Shown in pieces: positions 1 through 9,428 of a DNA stretch of 64,000 nucleotides. The DNA is from an uncultured Erysipelotrichaceae bacterium (GTDB lineage Bacteria > Bacillota_I > Bacilli_A > RF39 > UBA660), in contig CACZFH010000001.1 of the NCBI GenBank assembly GCA_902780395.1, positions 13,762 to 77,761 on the forward strand. The letters run 5' to 3'. The notes beneath the pieces are model-generated. The model was not told the DNA's origin. It made no database searches and worked only from the letters and a program-made list of their open reading frames with translations. How positions within the stretch are numbered: position 1 is the stretch's first letter; every line of letters begins with the position of its first letter. Position numbers and translations under genes: made by a program.

Positions 1-246
1 TTCATAACTTTCATCAACAGAAATAACAGGTAAATAAGAAAGATATTCCTTCACAACATCTAAATGCCAATTATATGTTTTCATCAAATAATAATAAAGA
101 TCAATATCATAAGTATAAAAATAGTGTTGAAAAAACTCTTCTTTTGTCATAAAACGAGTATTACTAAAACCATCTTCAAGTTTTCTCGAAGAAAGAATTT
201 TCATTTTTTCTTCATGAGGACAAATAATTAGTTTACCTTTTTTCAT
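1..246 (-). CDS. hypothetical protein, N-terminal 82 aa only (gene runs off the window start)
   Basis: ATG at 246..244 (minus strand); translation MKKGKLIICPHEEKMKILSSRKLEDGFSNTRFMTKEEFF... stays open to position 1. Absent from the ORF track because it is truncated. Confidence 0.35.
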   Translation of the reverse strand, partial: MKKGKLIICPHEEKMKILSSRKLEDGFSNTRFMTKEEFFQHYFYTYDIDLYYYLMKTYNWHLDVVKEYLSYLPVISVDESYE

Positions 247-295
247 AAGCTTCACCATATTTATTATAGCAAAAAAAAAGCACTATAACATGCTT

Positions 296-1084
296 TTATT
301 CACTTAAAGAAGATGACAAAGAAACTTCTTGCATTCCCCCCACAACATTTACTACTTTAACAGTAATTGAAATAGAAGTAGCTTGATTCATATTCATATA
401 ATCAGTAATTTTTTTCATAAATTTCAAATGATCATATCGATTTGTATACAAAATACCAGAATGATAAACATTTGCTTTCTCGCTATCAGAATCATTAAGA
501 ACACTAATAGTAAAAGAATAATAATCAATAGCTAGAAGAGTTCCACCTCTAGTTTGACCACCATTAATATCAATCATAAAAGAAGCATCCTTAATACTAT
601 CAAAATCATTTGAATTAATTTCTTCCCCATCATCATTTGAAAAAGATAATTGAATAGAAGGAGCAGGAACTAATTCTACCTCATTAGGAGATTCATCTCC
701 ACAATATAAATAAACATTATAAGTATATTCATTCTCATTTAAACGATAACTTCTTACATAAGAATTAGCCATACAACTATCATGTTCCAAATTATAAATA
801 TCTTCTTTTAAGAATTTTTCTTTTTTTAAATCTAATAGAGAAACATTACTACTTTCCCCTATATTTTTAGGATACTTATCAAAATGCTTCTGAAAATAAG
901 CATCTGCTGCTTTTGTAATCGTAGTCTCTAAAGAAACAGTATCATCTGCTTTAACTTTAAAAAAAGGAAGTAAACGATTAAAAACCATAAAAAGAATTAA
1001 ACCAACTATAACAACTAAACACAATAACTCTACAATCGAAAATCGATTTTTTTCTTTTTTAGTTAGCTTTACCACAAGCATCAC
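296..1084 (-). CDS. membrane-anchored pseudopilin-like protein with a degenerate type IV pilin N-terminus
   Basis: N-terminus KNRFSIVELLCLVVIVGLILF matches the pilin N-terminal helix (F+1, E+5), but Arg replaces the -1 Gly needed for prepilin peptidase cleavage. The rest is a ~200 aa extracytoplasmic domain. Confidence 0.5.
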   Translation of the reverse strand: MMLVVKLTKKEKNRFSIVELLCLVVIVGLILFMVFNRLLPFFKVKADDTVSLETTITKAADAYFQKHFDKYPKNIGESSNVSLLDLKKEKFLKEDIYNLEHDSCMANSYVRSYRLNENEYTYNVYLYCGDESPNEVELVPAPSIQLSFSNDDGEEINSNDFDSIKDASFMIDINGGQTRGGTLLAIDYYSFTISVLNDSDSEKANVYHSGILYTNRYDHLKFMKKITDYMNMNQATSISITVKVVNVVGGMQEVSLSSSLSE

Positions 1085-1144
1085 CTATCTTCTAATTAAT
1101 TATAATAAAAACTAAAAGAATAATCAATAAATAAAAAAAACAGA

Positions 1145-1348
1145 TTACTCTGCTTCTTTTGTTATTTCAACTTTTCCTTTGTAAGATCCACATTTTGGAC
1201 AAACTCTATGTGGTTTAATCATTTCTCCGCAATTTGGACATTTTGTCATACCAGGAATTTCCATAGCATTATGACTTCTTCTCATTCTTTTTCTTGTCTT
1301 AGAAACTTTACGGAAAGGAACAGCAAACAATTGAATATCTAACTTCAT
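1145..1348 (-). CDS. rpmF: 50S ribosomal protein L32
   Basis: [18 protein letters not shown] plus CPNCGE...CPKCGSY zinc ribbon. AGGAG RBS 7 nt upstream of the ATG at 1348; the ORF-track start at 1372 is an upstream extension. Confidence 0.9.
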   Translation of the reverse strand: MKLDIQLFAVPFRKVSKTRKRMRRSHNAMEIPGMTKCPNCGEMIKPHRVCPKCGSYKGKVEITKEAE

Positions 1349-1352
1349 CCTA

Positions 1353-1829
1353 TCACTCCTCTTCAAAATCATTTAATAATTTAAGAAATGGATTGTTCTC
1401 ATTTCTTCGTTCATCTTCACGAATTATTCTCCATCCATCCCCATGATATTTACTGAGATCTTGAACCTTAGTAAACCGTAAGGGGACCTCTAGGACAATA
1501 TTTTCCCACAAAAAACCAAAAATATCAAGAGTATTTTCATTTTTTATATAATTTTCAGGCAAATAATCATCAAAATCAATCTCAAATGGATAAGAAACCT
1601 CTTCTAATGAGATAGAATCAGCTAAAACCATCGAACCTTTTATTACCCCAACAAAAGCATCTTTAAAATCCTTAACCACAATATCTCCATCCACTAAAAC
1701 TTCACTAAGCTTCAAAATATCAGGATGATGATAAAGTTCTTCATCAAAAGAAAACTTATCATGAATAGAAATATTCGGAACCACCATAGAATGCAAACTA
1801 CTCAAGTCCATCATTTTTTTCATCCTCAT
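1353..1829 (-). CDS. yceD: YceD/DUF177 family protein (the conserved partner upstream of rpmF)
   Basis: Acidic ~150 aa protein directly preceding rpmF with a 4-nt gap; the conserved yceD-rpmF arrangement. True start may be a downstream Met (MKKMMDL/MDL). Confidence 0.7.
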   Translation of the reverse strand: MRMKKMMDLSSLHSMVVPNISIHDKFSFDEELYHHPDILKLSEVLVDGDIVVKDFKDAFVGVIKGSMVLADSISLEEVSYPFEIDFDDYLPENYIKNENTLDIFGFLWENIVLEVPLRFTKVQDLSKYHGDGWRIIREDERRNENNPFLKLLNDFEEE

Positions 1830-2409
1830 CTATAATAGCAATTGAATAATCTTTTTCTACTACTTGAATAATACCATGATAATGTAAGAAAGCACCTCTT
1901 GGTAAAGTACTATCTTGATTAACCCATAAACGAATCGCAATATTATTATTAGCTAATGCTTCAATAGTATTTTCAAGTAACACTCCATCTTCTAATTCAC
2001 TTAAATTATAAATCTTATTTTCTTTTTTATTAACTTTAACAGAAATACGAATATCATCTTCAGGGATTAAATACTCTTCACATTCATCTTCTAAAATAGT
2101 ATCAACATCCTGTAAAATTCGAATTTTATAATTAACTCTTTCCGTCAAATTATTTTTAATCGAAATATTATAAGCTTTTGAAGAAGAAAGCCCTACAGAA
2201 TCAGTAACCGGAGTAACTTTAGAAATAGTAAGTTTATCTCCAGTAGATTCATGATAAACAACATCTAAAGACTCTGAACTAAAATCAATATTACGATTTC
2301 CCTGAAACTTATAATAAATATAATGAGTAGGAATAACTGCTAAAATAAGTATAAAAATAATAAAAATTGTATTTTTAATAATTTCACGTTTTCTAATTTC
2401 AGAATACAT
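1798..2409 (-). CDS. N-terminally membrane-anchored protein, paralog family copy 1 (TM helix + ~150 aa beta-rich domain)
   Basis: TM helix IFIIFILILAVIP; motif AYNISIKNNLTERVNYKI shared with the ORFs at 29032..29598 and 31477..32004 (Y-x-I-S/T-I-x-N). Confidence 0.55.
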   Translation of the reverse strand: MYSEIRKREIIKNTIFIIFILILAVIPTHYIYYKFQGNRNIDFSSESLDVVYHESTGDKLTISKVTPVTDSVGLSSSKAYNISIKNNLTERVNYKIRILQDVDTILEDECEEYLIPEDDIRISVKVNKKENKIYNLSELEDGVLLENTIEALANNNIAIRLWVNQDSTLPRGAFLHYHGIIQVVEKDYSIAIIDEDEKNDGLE

Positions 2410-2474
2410 AGTACACCTCTTTACAATATTATAAATTTCTTTTCTAACAGATAAAACATATTTTGAAATAATCT

Positions 2475-3395
2475 CTACTCGTTTGACGGTTCTTTACATA
2501 ATAATTCAAAGACTTGATATACACTTTGTAAAGAATCACAAGTAACAATAAAACGCCCAGAATGACAAAAACGTAATCCTGCTATCTTAGAGACAGATTC
2601 TAACTCCTCATTTTGAAGACCTCCCCATTCCTCAGGAAAATCTTTCCTAGCCGTATGATCATCAATTGATTTTGGAACCGTTTTAATAGCATAACCACCA
2701 CGATTAGAAGGAAATGCTACAAACAGAATAGATTCCGCCTTAGGATTAGCTAAAAGAGCTTCTTCATAAGGAAGATATTCATCTAATATCAAATATAAAG
2801 AATTATCTTCTAATTCTTCAAGCAAATCATTTACTTTTTGCTCTGCAATTACTTTTCCCTGAATATAATAGAACTCCTCTTCCCATATCATTTTAGCCAA
2901 CTGAACTGCTTTTAAAAATTGTTCTGATTCATCTTCACCAGAATCAAAACTAGGATTAAATATCTTAATTATAGCTGGTAAAGTTTTAACCTTATAAGGA
3001 CATTCTATCTTAGGAAAAACTCCATTATCATCACCATCTATTCCTTCAACTAAATCTTTATCAATCCCATTAAACATTTCATCAATTAGTGAAAAATCAT
3101 ATTTTTTTAAAAGATCTTTTCCAAATTCTTTCCAAAGTAAACCAACCGAACTATAAGTAATACCATTATCTCTTTTTACTGCATCAATTTGATGATGATC
3201 AAACTTTCCCCGACCAACATCATAAACAATAGTACCATCCTGAATATTTTGAGAAGATACAACCGTAGTACGATAAACACGTACATCTCCTAAATACATT
3301 TCTAATAAAGCCGTTGCAAAAACCTCATCAGCATGCATTGTACCATTATGGGTAATACAATTAGCATCTTCTATCTTTTGAACAACACGTACCAT
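2475..3395 (-). CDS. MYG1/UPF0160 family metal-dependent hydrolase
   Basis: N-terminal ITHNGTMHADEVFATALL plus a HH motif typical of the MYG1 family; ~300 aa. Confidence 0.8.
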   Translation of the reverse strand: MVRVVQKIEDANCITHNGTMHADEVFATALLEMYLGDVRVYRTTVVSSQNIQDGTIVYDVGRGKFDHHQIDAVKRDNGITYSSVGLLWKEFGKDLLKKYDFSLIDEMFNGIDKDLVEGIDGDDNGVFPKIECPYKVKTLPAIIKIFNPSFDSGEDESEQFLKAVQLAKMIWEEEFYYIQGKVIAEQKVNDLLEELEDNSLYLILDEYLPYEEALLANPKAESILFVAFPSNRGGYAIKTVPKSIDDHTARKDFPEEWGGLQNEELESVSKIAGLRFCHSGRFIVTCDSLQSVYQVFELLCKEPSNE

Positions 3396-3403
3396 ACATC
3401 ACC

Positions 3404-4075
3404 TCAAGAACGATCTCGATTAGCTATCATTACTAATCTAAGTATTTCTAAAACAGCAGTAGCAACAGCTGCAACATAGGTAAGAGCTGCTGCAGTTAAC
3501 ATTTTTTTACAAGAAGTATGTTCCTTTTTAGTAACTAAATTCAATGTAATTAACTGTTTTAAAGCCCTATTAGATGCATTAAACTCTACAGGTAAAGTAA
3601 TTACTTGAAATAGTAAAATAATAAGTTCCATAAGAATACCAAGCCATAATAAACGTGTCAAAGAAGAAAGCAAACTAATCATTATAATAAAATAACCTGC
3701 TCTCGAAGCTAAATTAACTATCGGAATAATAGAATTACGAAATCTTAAAAAAGAATATCCCTCTTTATCTTGAATAGCATGTCCACATTCATGAGCAGCT
3801 ACACTACAAGAAGCAACAGAAGTATTATGGTAAATATCTTTAGATAAACTAACTGTCTTATTACGAGGATCATAGTGATCAGTTAAAGTTCCTTCTACTT
3901 CCACTACCTTTACATTTTTTAATCCATTCTCATCAAGTATTATACGAGCAACATCTCTCCCACTAATATTACGATTTAAAGAAATCTTTTTTGTTTTGTT
4001 ATACATTGAATTAATGTATCCTTGAGCTCCTAAGGTAATGATCATAGTAACTAATAAAAATAAAATATAAATCAT
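3404..4075 (-). CDS. putative membrane neutral zinc metallopeptidase (Zn_peptidase_2-like)
   Basis: HECGHAIQ zinc-binding motif, N-terminal TM helix and hydrophobic C-terminal half; ~220 aa family architecture. Confidence 0.7.
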   Translation of the reverse strand: MIYILFLLVTMIITLGAQGYINSMYNKTKKISLNRNISGRDVARIILDENGLKNVKVVEVEGTLTDHYDPRNKTVSLSKDIYHNTSVASCSVAAHECGHAIQDKEGYSFLRFRNSIIPIVNLASRAGYFIIMISLLSSLTRLLWLGILMELIILLFQVITLPVEFNASNRALKQLITLNLVTKKEHTSCKKMLTAAALTYVAAVATAVLEILRLVMIANRDRS

Positions 4076-4134
4076 ATATTCCCTCCAAATCTATTAAAAT
4101 TATAACACAAAAAAAAAGAAATAGTTATAATTTA

Positions 4135-5943
4135 CTATCTAACTTTTCTTTTTCTGGCATTTTTAATTTTTCCCAAAACAATTCCCAGACTTGCTAATAA
4201 AACTAAACTAGTACCAGCACCAGCAGGCATAGCAAAATCTCGATCTAAAAATCTATTAAATTCTTTAATATCAGCTGTTGAAGTAATATAATCTTCTTGA
4301 GAATAATCAGTAAAACTAAAATCAATATCTAAATGACCTTCTCCATTACCAGCTCCAGCATTTATTGCACTACTAGTAGATTGAACCATTTCTGCACCAA
4401 ATTCATCACTTTCCAAAATACCATAAGAAGGATGTACATCTTCAAGTTCAATATCTCTATGATCAGAATAGTATTGTTCTCCTCCAGCAATCCAAATTTT
4501 GAAAACATCACTCAAATCATAATCTACACAACTTTGTAAATAACGGAATTCACTTTGATTACAATATATTGCCGGAGTATATCCTGCTTCTGTAATCTTT
4601 TGAGCCCAATTATCAAGCATTATTTGAACTTCTTCTGGTGTTAAATATTCTGAAATATCTCCATTAAACTCTACATCAAGGTAAACAGGATATTCAACCT
4701 TTTTGTTTTCTAAAAGAGATAACACAAATCTTACTTGATCTTCTTGTTTCTTTTCAAACATCTCCATATCATCACAATTCTTATGATGATAAGCATTAAA
4801 ACAATATACTCCATAAGGAATACCATATTGACCACATTTTGCCGAATTATAATCAAAACAATCATCTTTCGACATACCCTCTGAGCATTTTAAAATTATA
4901 AACTCAAAATTCTCAGCTAATGCTTCCCAATCAGAATCTTTTCCTTGAGCATAAGATATATCACAACCTCTAATTGGTTCATCCAATTGTTTAGGTTTTC
5001 CCGTTGTCGCAATAGCACATGGAATACGAATAGTAGTACCTGCTTCTAAATCTCTTCGTTTTAATCCATTAAATGACAATATTTCAGATACACTCATACC
5101 ATATTGTAAAGCAACATCTGTAATATCTTCTCCTTCTTCCATTACATAACTGACATCAGCACAGAATCTACTATCTGTGTTTAAACTCCTTGAATGAATA
5201 ACCTCAGCCAAATTCGAATCAGCATGTATTCTTCCTTTAAGATCTCTATATAGATGATATACTCCATCATATTGAATTATTTCACTATCTTGTATTAGAT
5301 AAGCATCATACCCAGTAATACCACAATTATTCTTAACACGACATAAATTAGTATCCGTTCCACTAATTCCTACATACATTCCATTAGCTGAACATTTATC
5401 TAAAAAATCACGAATAATTTTAGTTTTCATTTCATTATTTAATTGATCATTAGTAATAATAGAATCAATATTCAAATAAACAGGCATTTCTAAACGATAA
5501 TCGCGTACTAAACCTTTAGCATATTCTACATCATCATAAATATCTCTTTCATTTTTAGCATCACTAGTAATTACAATACCAAATGAAATTCTATGTTCTT
5601 GCAAATAATTCATCTTTTTTCCTTGCAATAACACTCCAAAAGTATTATGATCTCCAACATCTAAAATAACAAAGTCATCTTCATCCATTAATAAGCTTTG
5701 AAAAAACCAACTATTTTCACGACCATTTTGATTTTCAAAATCATTTTTTGTCTCATAAGATTTCTTCAAAACAAGAGCACCAGTACCACCAATACCTAAT
5801 GTAGATATTAAAGCAATAGCTGTTTTAGGTACCTTCACTTTCTTTGAAGAACTTTTTTTACGGTGTTCCATTAAACCATTCCCCCCTATCAGCTTCCATA
5901 TTATATCATATATTATAAAAAAAGGCAAATAAAAAAAGGACAA
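4135..5943 (-). CDS. membrane-anchored GH25 muramidase with LysM domain
   Basis: LysM (DITDVALQYGMSVSEILSFNGLKRRDLEAGTTIRIP). GH25 motifs (CDISYAQG...FIILKCSEG...YGVYCFNAY) plus an N-terminal degenerate GH25-like segment. TM helices near both termini. Confidence 0.75.
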   Translation of the reverse strand: MSFFYLPFFIIYDIIWKLIGGNGLMEHRKKSSSKKVKVPKTAIALISTLGIGGTGALVLKKSYETKNDFENQNGRENSWFFQSLLMDEDDFVILDVGDHNTFGVLLQGKKMNYLQEHRISFGIVITSDAKNERDIYDDVEYAKGLVRDYRLEMPVYLNIDSIITNDQLNNEMKTKIIRDFLDKCSANGMYVGISGTDTNLCRVKNNCGITGYDAYLIQDSEIIQYDGVYHLYRDLKGRIHADSNLAEVIHSRSLNTDSRFCADVSYVMEEGEDITDVALQYGMSVSEILSFNGLKRRDLEAGTTIRIPCAIATTGKPKQLDEPIRGCDISYAQGKDSDWEALAENFEFIILKCSEGMSKDDCFDYNSAKCGQYGIPYGVYCFNAYHHKNCDDMEMFEKKQEDQVRFVLSLLENKKVEYPVYLDVEFNGDISEYLTPEEVQIMLDNWAQKITEAGYTPAIYCNQSEFRYLQSCVDYDLSDVFKIWIAGGEQYYSDHRDIELEDVHPSYGILESDEFGAEMVQSTSSAINAGAGNGEGHLDIDFSFTDYSQEDYITSTADIKEFNRFLDRDFAMPAGAGTSLVLLASLGIVLGKIKNARKRKVR

Positions 5944-5946
5944 AAC

Positions 5947-6510
5947 CTATTGTCCCTTTTTATTTGAATACACTTTCTGTTTATTTAATTCTCTATTCAT
6001 ATCAATAAATTCTTCCGTTACATCATCCACTAAACCCTTAGGATTAGAATATGCTCTATTATATGCATCAAAAATCTTTCCATTATCATCAACATCTATT
6101 AATATTGTTCTCTCGGTAAGATAAGAAACTTCCTTAGGCGTAAAATATTTTAATCTACAATTTGATTCACTATAAAAATCCGTTAAACAATCATACTTCA
6201 ATAACTTATATTGAGTAGGATCAATAAACATCATATTAACAATATCATAAATATTATCATCAATCATAGTTATAATAACCGGTCGAGTACTTCGAGTATT
6301 AAAAACTCCAACCATCAAACCATCTTTTTTTAATAACTGAAGTATTTTAGCAATCTTTCCTAAAAGATTACCAGTAGTATAATTGTAGTTTCCTTTTTCT
6401 CTCTCTATGATATCTTTAGCATTTCCCCTATATTCTACAATACCAAAATATAATTCATTAAGATCTTTTTGTTCCAAAGCCTTATTTATCATTTCTTGTG
6501 TATAATTCAT
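5947..6510 (-). CDS. hypothetical protein (co-oriented, 3-nt gap to the muramidase gene)
   Basis: Intact 187-aa ORF with no recognisable motif. Confidence 0.45.
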   Translation of the reverse strand: MNYTQEMINKALEQKDLNELYFGIVEYRGNAKDIIEREKGNYNYTTGNLLGKIAKILQLLKKDGLMVGVFNTRSTRPVIITMIDDNIYDIVNMMFIDPTQYKLLKYDCLTDFYSESNCRLKYFTPKEVSYLTERTILIDVDDNGKIFDAYNRAYSNPKGLVDDVTEEFIDMNRELNKQKVYSNKKGQ

Positions 6511-6547
6511 ACAATCAACTCCTTAGTTATCTATTGTATAAAACTAA

Positions 6548-8113
6548 TTATTTTTTAGCAATAAACTCTGCAACTTTAATCCCATCCATAGCTGCTGTAG
6601 TAATACCTCCAGCATATCCAGCTCCTTCTCCACATGGATAAACCCCTTTAATATTAGCTTCTCCCATTTCATCCCTAACTATAATAACTGGTGAACTAGT
6701 TCTAGATTCAACTCCTAATAAAACACTATCATCTTGATCAAAACCCTTTATTTTAGTTCCAAAATATGGAATAGCTTCTTTCAAAGAATTAAGAATATAA
6801 TCAGGAAACAATAGATTTAAATCAACAAAAGAAACATTCCCCTTTGTATTGGAAACAACACTTTTAAAAGATGAAGAGACTTTTCCTTTTAAGAAATCAC
6901 CATACAACTGGCAAGGAATCAATCCTTTTCCAAGTTGAAAGGCTTTTTCCTCTAGCTTTCTTTGAAATTCAATTCCTGCTAAAGGATCTTCTCCAAAATC
7001 TTTTTTTGTTACAGTAACAACAATAGCACTATTAGCATTTTTTTCATCACGATGATAATTACTCATCCCATTAATTGCTAGTCTTCCCTTTTCTGAAGAA
7101 GCATTCACAACAAATCCTCCAGGACACATACAAAAAGAATAAACCCCTCTTCCCTCTTTTGTTTGATAAGTCAATTTATAACTAGCTGGTGGTAATAAAG
7201 AAGCCTTGTCTCCATATTGACTTTTATTAATCATCTCTTGCAAATGTTCCATTCGAATACCAACCGCAAAATTCTTTGCCTTCATCGATATTCCACAATC
7301 TAATAACATCTGAAATGTATCACGAGCTGAATGCCCAATAGCCAAAACTAAGACATTACAAGGAATTTTTTCTTTATTATTCACTTCAATTCCCACTAAT
7401 TGTTGATTCTCTATAAATAAATTGGTAACTTGAGAAGAATAAAAGAATTCCCCTCCCATTGTTATAATTTTATTCCGAATATTAACAATTACTTTTCGTA
7501 AAACATCTGTCCCAATATGAGGCTTAGCCTGATACAAAATCTCTTCAGGAGCTCCATTCTCAACAAATATATCAAATACTTTTTTTCCTCGAAAGAATTT
7601 ATCTTTAACTAAAGTATTTAATTTCCCATCAGAAAACGTTCCAGCTCCACCCTCACCAAATTGAATATTAGAATTAGGATTCAAAACATTTGTCTGAAAG
7701 AACTCCTCAACAGTTTTAATCCTCTCTTCCATTTTTTCTCCTCTTTCTAAAATACGAGGATGATAACCATTTTCAGCCAATAAATACGCACAAAAAAGTC
7801 CAGCTGGACCACTACCAACAATCACTGGATTACTCTCTAATTTATGACATTCTAAACTTGGAAAATGATATTCTTCTTTAGGAGATAAAAATACATCCAA
7901 ACTTCTATTTCGCTTTAAAACATCTTTTTCATGATATACCGAAACATCTAATTCATAAACATAAAATATTTCATTCTTATCTCTAGCATCAATTGATTTT
8001 CTAATTATTTTATAATCAATTATTTGATTAACTGAAATATTTATTTTCTTTGCCAATGCCTCTAAAGGATTATCCTTTTCTATTAAAACCTTAACTTGTC
8101 TAACTCTAATCAT
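6548..8113 (-). CDS. FAD-dependent dehydrogenase (COG2509-like)
   Basis: VIVGSGPAGLFCAYLLAENG dinucleotide-binding motif; ~520 aa architecture of the uncharacterised FAD-dependent dehydrogenases. Confidence 0.7.
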   Translation of the reverse strand: MIRVRQVKVLIEKDNPLEALAKKINISVNQIIDYKIIRKSIDARDKNEIFYVYELDVSVYHEKDVLKRNRSLDVFLSPKEEYHFPSLECHKLESNPVIVGSGPAGLFCAYLLAENGYHPRILERGEKMEERIKTVEEFFQTNVLNPNSNIQFGEGGAGTFSDGKLNTLVKDKFFRGKKVFDIFVENGAPEEILYQAKPHIGTDVLRKVIVNIRNKIITMGGEFFYSSQVTNLFIENQQLVGIEVNNKEKIPCNVLVLAIGHSARDTFQMLLDCGISMKAKNFAVGIRMEHLQEMINKSQYGDKASLLPPASYKLTYQTKEGRGVYSFCMCPGGFVVNASSEKGRLAINGMSNYHRDEKNANSAIVVTVTKKDFGEDPLAGIEFQRKLEEKAFQLGKGLIPCQLYGDFLKGKVSSSFKSVVSNTKGNVSFVDLNLLFPDYILNSLKEAIPYFGTKIKGFDQDDSVLLGVESRTSSPVIIVRDEMGEANIKGVYPCGEGAGYAGGITTAAMDGIKVAEFIAKK

Positions 8114-9326
8114 ATAAATCTTCTCCTGCTAAAATACCACTAATCCAACAAGTAGTTAAATTATATCCCCCACAAATACCATTCATATCTAATAATTCAC
8201 CTGTAATATATAAACCTTTTACTTTTTTAGATTCCATTGTTTCAGGCTTTATTTCCACTAGAGGGACTCCTCCATTACAAATCTGACATGAATCAAAAGA
8301 TTTAACATCAGTAATAATTACAGGAAAAGATTTTAATGCTTTACATAAAGAAAACTTAGACTCTTTACTCAATTCTTGATAAGCAAAATCTTCATCTAAC
8401 TTACATGATTTAAGAATAACAGGAACTAACTTATTATTTAAAAAACCTTCTAAAAGCTGAGTTAGATTTTTTTGATTATGAGTTTTACTATATTGATCCA
8501 TCCAAGGAGTTATCAAAGTTTCTATAAAAGGAACAAAATTAATTTTTAAAACAATTTCATGTTCTTTTAATCTTCTTGTAATAAAATTACTAACATTAAA
8601 AATGCAGACCCCACTAACTCCATAATTTGTTAATTGAATTTCCCCACTTTCTCTTTTCAAAAATTGACCATCTTCGAAAACGTCAATATCTACATCAGTT
8701 CTAACTCCATCCCACTCTTTCGTATAAGGAAAACTACTAACTAATTGAGTAAGTGCAGGTAACGGTTCAATAATTGTATGACCCAATTTTTCTAAAAAAG
8801 AATATCCCATACCATCACTACCTGTTTTAGGATAAGCTTTTGATCCCGTCGCTAAAACTACCTTTTTAGCATGATACTCCATCGTATCACAAGTAACAAC
8901 AAACTCATTTTTCTTTTTAATGATATTCACTACAACTGTATTATATATAATTTCTATACCTAAAGATAAAGCCTCCGAAATAAGGGCATTTTTAATAGTA
9001 ATAGCTTGATTAGAAAAAGGATAATAATAACCATTTTTTATCTTAGAAACAATTCCCAATCCTTCAAAAAAAGCCTTCATTTTATCTATATGATCAGTAG
9101 AAATAATCTTATCAACAATATCCATATCTCTACTAGTATAGCAATCTCTACTATATTTTTCATTCATATAATTACATTTTCCATTACCAGTCATCAATAG
9201 TTTTTTTAATGGTTTTTCATTTCTTTCTAATATAACAACTCTATTCTTTAAATTTTTTGCTTTAATAGCAGCTGTAATACCACTAGCACCGCAGCCAATA
9301 ACAAGAACATCTATCATATATACCAC
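8106..9326 (-). CDS. HI0933-family NAD(FAD)-utilizing flavoprotein
   Basis: VLVIGCGASGITAAI Rossmann motif plus the TGNGKCNYMN signature of the HI0933/BaiN-like family; ~400 aa. Confidence 0.75.
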   Translation of the reverse strand: MVYMIDVLVIGCGASGITAAIKAKNLKNRVVILERNEKPLKKLLMTGNGKCNYMNEKYSRDCYTSRDMDIVDKIISTDHIDKMKAFFEGLGIVSKIKNGYYYPFSNQAITIKNALISEALSLGIEIIYNTVVVNIIKKKNEFVVTCDTMEYHAKKVVLATGSKAYPKTGSDGMGYSFLEKLGHTIIEPLPALTQLVSSFPYTKEWDGVRTDVDIDVFEDGQFLKRESGEIQLTNYGVSGVCIFNVSNFITRRLKEHEIVLKINFVPFIETLITPWMDQYSKTHNQKNLTQLLEGFLNNKLVPVILKSCKLDEDFAYQELSKESKFSLCKALKSFPVIITDVKSFDSCQICNGGVPLVEIKPETMESKKVKGLYITGELLDMNGICGGYNLTTCWISGILAGEDLYD

Positions 9327-9428
9327 CTCATAAACAATGTTATTATAGCAAACATTATAATCTTTTTCTATAATAAAAATGATTGAGAAAAAAACAAAAT
9401 TATACTATACTAAATTCGGGTGAGATAG

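Noticed and set aside
1349-1372. N-terminal extension of L32 given by the ORF track (MILKRSDR…)
   Set aside because: An AGGAG RBS sits 7 nt upstream of the internal ATG at 1348, and the extension overlaps the yceD stop; the shorter start was used.
4333-4539. Short plus-strand ORFs nested inside minus-strand genes (also 9006-9200, 13948-14211, 23546-23734, 24165-24368, 25282-25482, 27665-27964, 27699-27905, 32404-32586, 34422-34655, 36896-37165, 46530-46859, 48598-48780, 49754-49936, 53539-53817, 57834-58073, and minus-strand 59425-59655 inside gmk)
   Set aside because: All lie antisense or out of frame within well-supported genes. They are low-complexity (I/F/L/S-rich, as expected from reverse reading of AT-rich coding DNA) and have no RBS or motif support.
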